A stretch of DNA of 64,000 nt, taken from positions 96,001-160,000 of IMG/VR virus record IMGVR_UViG_3300027906_000002. One strand, given 5' to 3'. Shown here piece after piece: positions 58,833 through 64,000 of this stretch. This DNA comes from a virus. A model generated the notes under the pieces. That model saw nothing but the letters and a program-made list of their open reading frames with translations, had not been told where the DNA came from and did no database searches. Numbering within the stretch: position 1 is the stretch's first letter; the number at the start of each line of letters is the position of its first letter. A program made the position numbers and the translations under genes.

Positions 58833-59452
58833 GCATTTGGGATGGATATCGGGAGGCAGTATTCAATACGTTTCCTGATTTGATATACAACTTCAATCAT
58901 ACAGATTGGACTAACAAAAGAGGTGTTAATCTGACTGCTGATCTATATTCTGGTAAGCATTTTATCAAGTCTAGGCACGTTGATATATGGGATGGTACTG
59001 TTGATATCCATAACAATATAATGTATCCTAAGACTGGACATAACCTTCCTTGCTTTGGTATGGATTTGATGGGATTCAATAAGAAGAAATGTATCATAGT
59101 ATTTGACTTCCAACATCCAGTAGAAAATTATCTATTGAAAGTTCCACCATTACCTCAGACAACAGAGACCTATCGTTTCTTTGAGAAGGGTAATCATTTC
59201 TCTGATAATATCTTTGTAAGGTATTGTGAGATGGATGGAGTTGATACATTCCTACCAACATTCAAATACTATCTGTCACTCTATAAGGAAATGATAGATA
59301 AAGCAAAACCAACTGAAGAAGATACAACAGTCTATAAAGACTTTGATTCTTATATGATTAAGTTAGACCCTATCTCAGGTTATCTTTCTAGTCAATTTGG
59401 TAAAGATGAATCTGAAAAATTAATCAAGGAGTTCTTTTTTAGCTATGCCTGA
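58829..59452 (+). CDS. pebS: Phycoerythrobilin synthase
   Basis: YPKTG.NLPCFGMDLM.F..KK.IIVFDFQHP, YRFFE.GNHFS.NIFVRYC, DFD.YM..LDP; both catalytic Asp motifs (GMDLM, LDP) are present. Confidence 0.92.
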   Translation: MSIWDGYREAVFNTFPDLIYNFNHTDWTNKRGVNLTADLYSGKHFIKSRHVDIWDGTVDIHNNIMYPKTGHNLPCFGMDLMGFNKKKCIIVFDFQHPVENYLLKVPPLPQTTETYRFFEKGNHFSDNIFVRYCEMDGVDTFLPTFKYYLSLYKEMIDKAKPTEEDTTVYKDFDSYMIKLDPISGYLSSQFGKDESEKLIKEFFFSYA

Positions 59453-60146
59453 TTTAGTACAAGATATAGCAGTCTTACTTTCATACACTATGCAGGACAT
59501 TAAGGGTGTTAAACCATTAGAGTGTCCTATACCAGAAGTAAAGAAAGATGATCTGACTATTAAGAATACAATGTATACAGCACCTGGTCTCAGGAAGATA
59601 CATTTAGAGTTGGCAGAATTAAAAGGAATGAAGATACTACATTGTGTATTCTTCCCTGATCCAAATTATAATCTTCCTATCTTTGGATGTGATATTGTTG
59701 CTACGGAGAAAGTAATCACTGCTGCTATCGTTGATATATCTCCTGTACGAGGTTTCGATGATTGGGATGAGGTACGAGAGATTAGTAATGAATTTAATAT
59801 TGGTGAGAGGAGACCTCTTCCATTATGGGGTGATGAAATATTCTCTCCTTATTGTAAGTTCATGCGTCTTACTGAAGAGATTGATATGGCAAATTTCTAC
59901 TGTCTTGTTTTAAACTATCTTGGTATATATTGTAAGTTACATAGTAAGGCTATAAGGGATCCAGATTGGTGTGCAGCAATGCTTAGGTATGATGATCAGA
60001 TTTATTATTGTGATCAGCAAAGAAAGAATGATAAGACTCGTGGCATTTTAGAGAAATGGTTTGATAACGAATGGACAAACGATTATATAGATAAGGTACT
60101 ATTTGATAAACCATCATCCGATGATATAAAATATGGAAGCAATTAA
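59445..60146 (+). CDS. pcyA: Phycocyanobilin:ferredoxin oxidoreductase
   Basis: PGLRKIHLE, ILHCVFFPDP.YNLPIFGCDIV, AAIVDISPV, RPLPLWGDEIFSPYC, QRKNDKTRGILEK.F. Confidence 0.92.
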   Translation: MPDLVQDIAVLLSYTMQDIKGVKPLECPIPEVKKDDLTIKNTMYTAPGLRKIHLELAELKGMKILHCVFFPDPNYNLPIFGCDIVATEKVITAAIVDISPVRGFDDWDEVREISNEFNIGERRPLPLWGDEIFSPYCKFMRLTEEIDMANFYCLVLNYLGIYCKLHSKAIRDPDWCAAMLRYDDQIYYCDQQRKNDKTRGILEKWFDNEWTNDYIDKVLFDKPSSDDIKYGSN

Positions 60147-60300
60147 ATGGGAAGCTTATATACTATTACCTTCTAATAGATTACAGAAGGTTGAGTTTAT
60201 GTGTGAGTCAAATCTTAGACAAGATGCTGAGAATAGATGTAGATCAATGTTCGGTGTGTCTGACGTTAGGCAGTTGAAAAGGATATGGACAGATCATTAA
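60133..60300 (+). CDS. Small hypothetical protein (55 aa, not in the ORF track)
   Basis: MEAIKWEAYILLPSNRLQKVEFMCESNLRQDAENRCRSMFGVSDVRQLKRIWTDH; overlaps the pcyA end. Confidence 0.55.
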   Translation: MEAIKWEAYILLPSNRLQKVEFMCESNLRQDAENRCRSMFGVSDVRQLKRIWTDH

Positions 60301-60342
60301 GTGTCCATAGGTTATTGATTTGAAGTTCAATTCTGCTATAAT
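60284..60342 (+). promoter_or_regulatory. Early promoter with upstream palindrome TATGGACA-N10-TGTCCATA, -35 TTGATT and extended -10 TGcTATAAT
   Basis: Palindrome at 60284-60309, -35 at 60315-60320, -10 at 60337-60342. Confidence 0.7.
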
Positions 60343-60366
60343 AAGCATATAAAACAAAGGGGTCGT

Positions 60367-61443
60367 ATGCCAATCAAGTCAGAAGTTACTACTGAACAAA
60401 TTATTTCCTTCCTTAAGGATAAGCATGGGTCTAATGCTAAAGTTGATACTATCGACTTGAGAGCAGCAGGTAACAAGTTTAAGTTATCTTACCCCACTGT
60501 TAACAAAAGACTTAAAGCATATAAGTCAGATAGAGGTACTTGGGATTTAACTGCCTTAGATATTGAGAAGGTATATAAAGCACCTTCTGCAGAACCTGCT
60601 GTAAGAGTTACATATGTTCCAGAAAATGATCCGAACTATGTACCCTTTGGGAACTCTAAAGCTCTTAAGAAGGTTGTTGGTTCTAGACAGTTTTACCCTG
60701 TGTTTATTACTGGTCTTAGTGGTAACGGTAAGACATTGGGAGTAGAACAAACTTGTGCTGCTCTAAATAGAGAATTGATACGTGTTAATATAACAATTGA
60801 AACAGACGAGGATGATCTTATTGGTGGCTTCCGTCTTGTCAATGGTGATACTGTTTTTCATAACGGACCAGTGGTCGAGGCTTTGGAGAGGGGAGCTGTA
60901 CTTCTTCTAGATGAGATTGACTTAGCATCTAATAAGATTCTATGTTTGCAATCAGTACTAGAAGGTAAGGGTGTATACCTTAAGAAGACTGGTAGGTATG
61001 TTAAACCTGCTGCTGGATTCACTGTCATTGCTACTGCTAATACAAAAGGTAAGGGTTCTGATGATGGGCGTTTCGTAGGAACTAATGTTCTTAATGAAGC
61101 TTTCCTCGAAAGATTCCCTGTAACCTTTGAGCAAGATTATCCATCACCTGTTATTGAACAGAAGATTCTAAAGAATGTTGGTTGCGACTTGCAATTTTCT
61201 GAAAATCTGGTAAAATGGGCAGGAGTGATAAGAAAGACATTCTTCGATGGAGGAGTGGATGAAGTTATCACAACACGTCGTCTTGTACATATCGCACAAG
61301 CATACAATATATTTGGTGACCGCCTTGTTGCTATCACCAATTGTGTTAACAGATTTGATGATGATACTAAACAATCATTCTTAGATCTTTATACTAAAGT
61401 TGATGCTGGTGAAGAAACCGAAACCCCCGAAGGAGAATTTTAA
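60367..61443 (+). CDS. cobS: CobS-like / MoxR-family AAA+ ATPase
   Basis: Walker A GLSGNGKT, ETDEDDLIGG, Walker B LLLDEID, ATANTKGKG, LNEAFLERF. Confidence 0.9.
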   Translation: MPIKSEVTTEQIISFLKDKHGSNAKVDTIDLRAAGNKFKLSYPTVNKRLKAYKSDRGTWDLTALDIEKVYKAPSAEPAVRVTYVPENDPNYVPFGNSKALKKVVGSRQFYPVFITGLSGNGKTLGVEQTCAALNRELIRVNITIETDEDDLIGGFRLVNGDTVFHNGPVVEALERGAVLLLDEIDLASNKILCLQSVLEGKGVYLKKTGRYVKPAAGFTVIATANTKGKGSDDGRFVGTNVLNEAFLERFPVTFEQDYPSPVIEQKILKNVGCDLQFSENLVKWAGVIRKTFFDGGVDEVITTRRLVHIAQAYNIFGDRLVAITNCVNRFDDDTKQSFLDLYTKVDAGEETETPEGEF

Positions 61444-61650
61444 ATGCACGGAGATTTAGAACCAGAAGAACATCATCCAGATAGGGATTGGGAACACCAT
61501 CCCCACGTGAATGATCTCTGGGAAGACATGGACAGACTCAATGCTTTATATGAAGAATTGATGTGGCCATATGATGATGTGTTAGAATTTATACCCGACC
61601 ATGAGAATGATCGGATCATTATTCAGAACAAGTCTAGAAAAGGTTTATGA
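61444..61650 (+). CDS. Hypothetical acidic protein
   Basis: GGAG RBS; 68 aa; abuts cobS. Confidence 0.6.
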   Translation: MHGDLEPEEHHPDRDWEHHPHVNDLWEDMDRLNALYEELMWPYDDVLEFIPDHENDRIIIQNKSRKGL

Positions 61651-61955
61651 AGTACAATGAAAATGAGATTCTCAAAGAGGTCTCAGACTATATTAGTCAG
61701 ACTTACAGGGGTCACTACTCTTCAAACAATGTTCAGACTCTGGACTTGATTGATTCAGTAGGTGACGCAGAGGCATTCTGTAGGTCTAACATATTGAAAT
61801 ATGCCTCAAGGTATGATAGAAAGGGTTCAGCACGTAAGGACATCATCAAGATTATCCACTATGCTGTACTCCTTCTACACTTTAACGACAAGACTGCAGC
61901 ATCCAATGCTCTCCAGTCTGGTTCCACCGCTTTTTCCGTTGATTATGACAAGTAA
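61647..61955 (+). CDS. DUF3310-like (T7 gp1.7/SaV-like) nucleotide-metabolism protein
   Basis: KYNE..IL.E..DYI..TY..HYS, F...N.LKY..RY..KG....DI.K..HYA. Confidence 0.65.
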   Translation: MKYNENEILKEVSDYISQTYRGHYSSNNVQTLDLIDSVGDAEAFCRSNILKYASRYDRKGSARKDIIKIIHYAVLLLHFNDKTAASNALQSGSTAFSVDYDK

Positions 61956-62615
61956 ATGACTGTATTATCCAAACCAACAATTGAAGTATTAAAGAACTTT
62001 TGTTCTATTAACAAATCTATTGTTATCAATCCTGGTAACAAGTTAAGCACATTGAGTATTAATAAAAACATTCTTGCTATAGCTGATATAGAAGAACAGT
62101 TTGAATCTCAATTGTCGATTTATGATCTTGGTGTATTCCTTGGTGGGTTATCTTTGTTTGAACAACCAACCATTGATACATCAAAGGATAACTATGTCAC
62201 TGTGAGTGACACTAAGGGTAGATCTAAGACCAGGTTCTTTTATGCTGATCCTGATATTATTACTCAACCACCTGAGAAAGAGATATCTCTTCCTTCAGAT
62301 GATGTTAAGTTTAGATTAGAGTCTAGTACCTTACAGCAATTACAACGTGCTGCTAGTGTATATCAGTTACCAGATCTATGTTTGTATGGTGATGGTAGTG
62401 AGATGAGTTTACGTGTAACGGATAAGAAGAATGAAACATCCAATAGTTATTCAGTAACAGTTGGTGAAACAGAAGATGATTTCTGTTATTGTTTTAAGGT
62501 CGAGAACCTGAAGTTGCTTATTGGTGACTACAATGTAACGTTGAGTAAGTCTAACGTTGCTCTCTTTCAAGGTGAAGGAATCAAGTACTTCATTGCTCTG
62601 GAACCTAATACATGA
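61956..62615 (+). CDS. gp45: Sliding clamp gp45
   Basis: LKNFCSINKSI, IYDL..FL, Y.ADP..I..PP, FK.ENLK...GDY.V, Y.IALEP. Confidence 0.95.
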   Translation: MTVLSKPTIEVLKNFCSINKSIVINPGNKLSTLSINKNILAIADIEEQFESQLSIYDLGVFLGGLSLFEQPTIDTSKDNYVTVSDTKGRSKTRFFYADPDIITQPPEKEISLPSDDVKFRLESSTLQQLQRAASVYQLPDLCLYGDGSEMSLRVTDKKNETSNSYSVTVGETEDDFCYCFKVENLKLLIGDYNVTLSKSNVALFQGEGIKYFIALEPNT

Positions 62616-62872
62616 AACGTTGGATCGATCTAAAGCATCCTACTCCTTGGCATAAGAACCCAGAAGATGAGGATTACATCCCATCAGGTCCAGAGTATTA
62701 TAAGAAGGGAAGTTTTCATAATAAGGTTGGAATGACCTTGATGTGGATTTTCTACGGTATTGTTATTGTACAAGTGATTCATGCAATGACAGTCTTACCA
62801 TTCTTTCCAATTCCATTTACAATCCTATTAGGATTAGCCACCATCGTATACGTAGCATGGAGAGCAACATGA
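62612..62872 (+). CDS. Hypothetical membrane protein
   Basis: Two C-terminal hydrophobic segments; ATGA overlaps at both ends. Confidence 0.6.
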   Translation: MKRWIDLKHPTPWHKNPEDEDYIPSGPEYYKKGSFHNKVGMTLMWIFYGIVIVQVIHAMTVLPFFPIPFTILLGLATIVYVAWRAT

Positions 62873-63558
62873 CAACAATCCTACAAGGAAAAGTGAAGAC
62901 TGTGTTCAGTACATCTGAACCTGATAAAGTTCTCATACAATATGAGGATAAGGTTACTGCAGGTAATGGTAGGAAAGTAGATTTTCCTGAAGGTAAAGGT
63001 GAAGTATGCTGTAGGATATCTCAATTGCTTTTTGAGCATTTAGAGAAGTATGGTATTAGGACTCATTACCTTAATACATTTCCAAGAGCTATTATGTCTT
63101 GTAAGACAGTGGAGATTATTCCGATAGAGGTGGTAGTAAGAAATGTTGCTGCTGGTTCTATAGTCAGAGAGACAAACATTAAAGAAGGTACGGACTTTGG
63201 TTGGCCATTGGTTGAGTGGTATTTGAAGGATGATGAGAAGAATGATCCATTACTAACAGAGGCTCGTATATGGGCAATGGGCAACTTTCCCTTAAGGGAT
63301 ATGGAACAGACTGCTAGAGAAGTGAATGGTATTGTAGGGAAATTATTTGACCAGATTGGTCTTACACTTGTTGATTTTAAATTGGAGTTCGGTTATGATC
63401 TTGACCAAAATTTACTCCTTGCTGATGAATTATCACCTGACTCGATGCGACTCTGGAAAGATGGTAAGAGTTTTGACAAGGACTTGTTTAGAAAAGGAGA
63501 AGGTGATATAGTAGAAGCATACACATACATCCTTGAAGAATTGAGGAAGATTACGTGA
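62869..63558 (+). CDS. purC: SAICAR synthetase
   Basis: True start MTTILQGKVK at 62869; QGKVKTVF, DKVTAGNG, IPIEVVVRN.AAGS, LVDFKLEFG, LADELSPDSMRLW, DKDLFR. Confidence 0.95.
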   Translation: MTTILQGKVKTVFSTSEPDKVLIQYEDKVTAGNGRKVDFPEGKGEVCCRISQLLFEHLEKYGIRTHYLNTFPRAIMSCKTVEIIPIEVVVRNVAAGSIVRETNIKEGTDFGWPLVEWYLKDDEKNDPLLTEARIWAMGNFPLRDMEQTAREVNGIVGKLFDQIGLTLVDFKLEFGYDLDQNLLLADELSPDSMRLWKDGKSFDKDLFRKGEGDIVEAYTYILEELRKIT

Positions 63559-64000
63559 ATGATTTTTTATGGGTAGAGAAGTATAGACCTCAGAAAGTTG
63601 AGGACTGTATACTTCCTACAGAAGTGAAGACCACCTTTAAGAGTTTCATAGAGCAAGGAGAGATACCAAATCTCCTACTCTCTGGAACTGCTGGAGTTGG
63701 CAAGACAACCATTGCGAAAGCATTATGTAAAGAGTTAGGAGTAGATTCTTATGTCATTAATGGGTCTGATGAGGGTAGATTCCTGGACACTGTACGCAAT
63801 CAGGCAAAGACCTTTGCTGCTACTGTTTCTCTTACATCTAGCAGTCGTCACAAAGTTCTCATTATTGATGAGGCAGATAATACAACGCCAGATGTCCAAC
63901 TCCTCTTACGTGCGTCAATTGAGGAATTCCAGAAGAATTGTAGGTTCATATTCACGTGTAACTTTAAGAATAAAATAATAGAACCATTACATAGTAGAAC
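63555..64000 (+). CDS. gp44: Clamp loader large subunit gp44, 3'-truncated by the window edge
   Basis: GTG start overlapping the purC stop; MNDFLWVEKYRP...NLLLSGTAGVGKTT...IIDEADN. Confidence 0.95.
   Translation, partial: MNDFLWVEKYRPQKVEDCILPTEVKTTFKSFIEQGEIPNLLLSGTAGVGKTTIAKALCKELGVDSYVINGSDEGRFLDTVRNQAKTFAATVSLTSSSRHKVLIIDEADNTTPDVQLLLRASIEEFQKNCRFIFTCNFKNKIIEPLHSR

Noticed and set aside
62743-62868. 42-aa N-terminal extension of PurC in the ORF track
   Set aside because: It overlaps the upstream membrane gene; the ATGA-coupled start at 62869 gives a normal PurC N-terminus.
153-63978. The many 60-180-aa minus-strand and alternate-frame ORFs in the track
   Set aside because: They lie fully within well-supported + strand genes, show no recognisable motifs and look like codon-bias shadows.

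Overview
A 64-kb, AT-rich, almost entirely + strand segment of a T4-like marine cyanomyovirus (Kyanoviridae-type; pebS, petE, petF and purM suggest a Prochlorococcus/Synechococcus host, which is inference). From left to right: giant virion/baseplate proteins (a 5'-truncated >1800-aa protein, a gp9-like protein, gp7 split by a -1 frameshift, gp8, a VrlC-like protein), a 2270-aa tail fibre, neck/tail genes gp13-15, gp16, an accessory island (petE, petF, purM, SNase-like nuclease), gp17-gp23, a truncated AsnRS-like gene followed directly by an atypical long-variable-arm tRNA with a GUU anticodon, gp3, uvsY/uvsW, gp55, gp47/46, purS, a CobT-like vWA protein, pebS-pcyA, a CobS-like AAA+ ATPase, gp45, purC and the start of gp44. 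The most unusual element is the late-promoter cassette at 46185-47097: a catalytic-domain-only class IIb synthetase plus a Leu/Ser-shaped tRNA carrying Asn identity elements. Also notable are amicyanin-type copper motifs and phycobiliprotein-like CxRD helices in virion proteins, nested in-frame domain insertions, overlapping divergent sigma70 promoters at gp55, and a shared palindrome upstream of the cobT-like and cobS-like genes. All product calls come from motif recognition by eye; no database searches were run.
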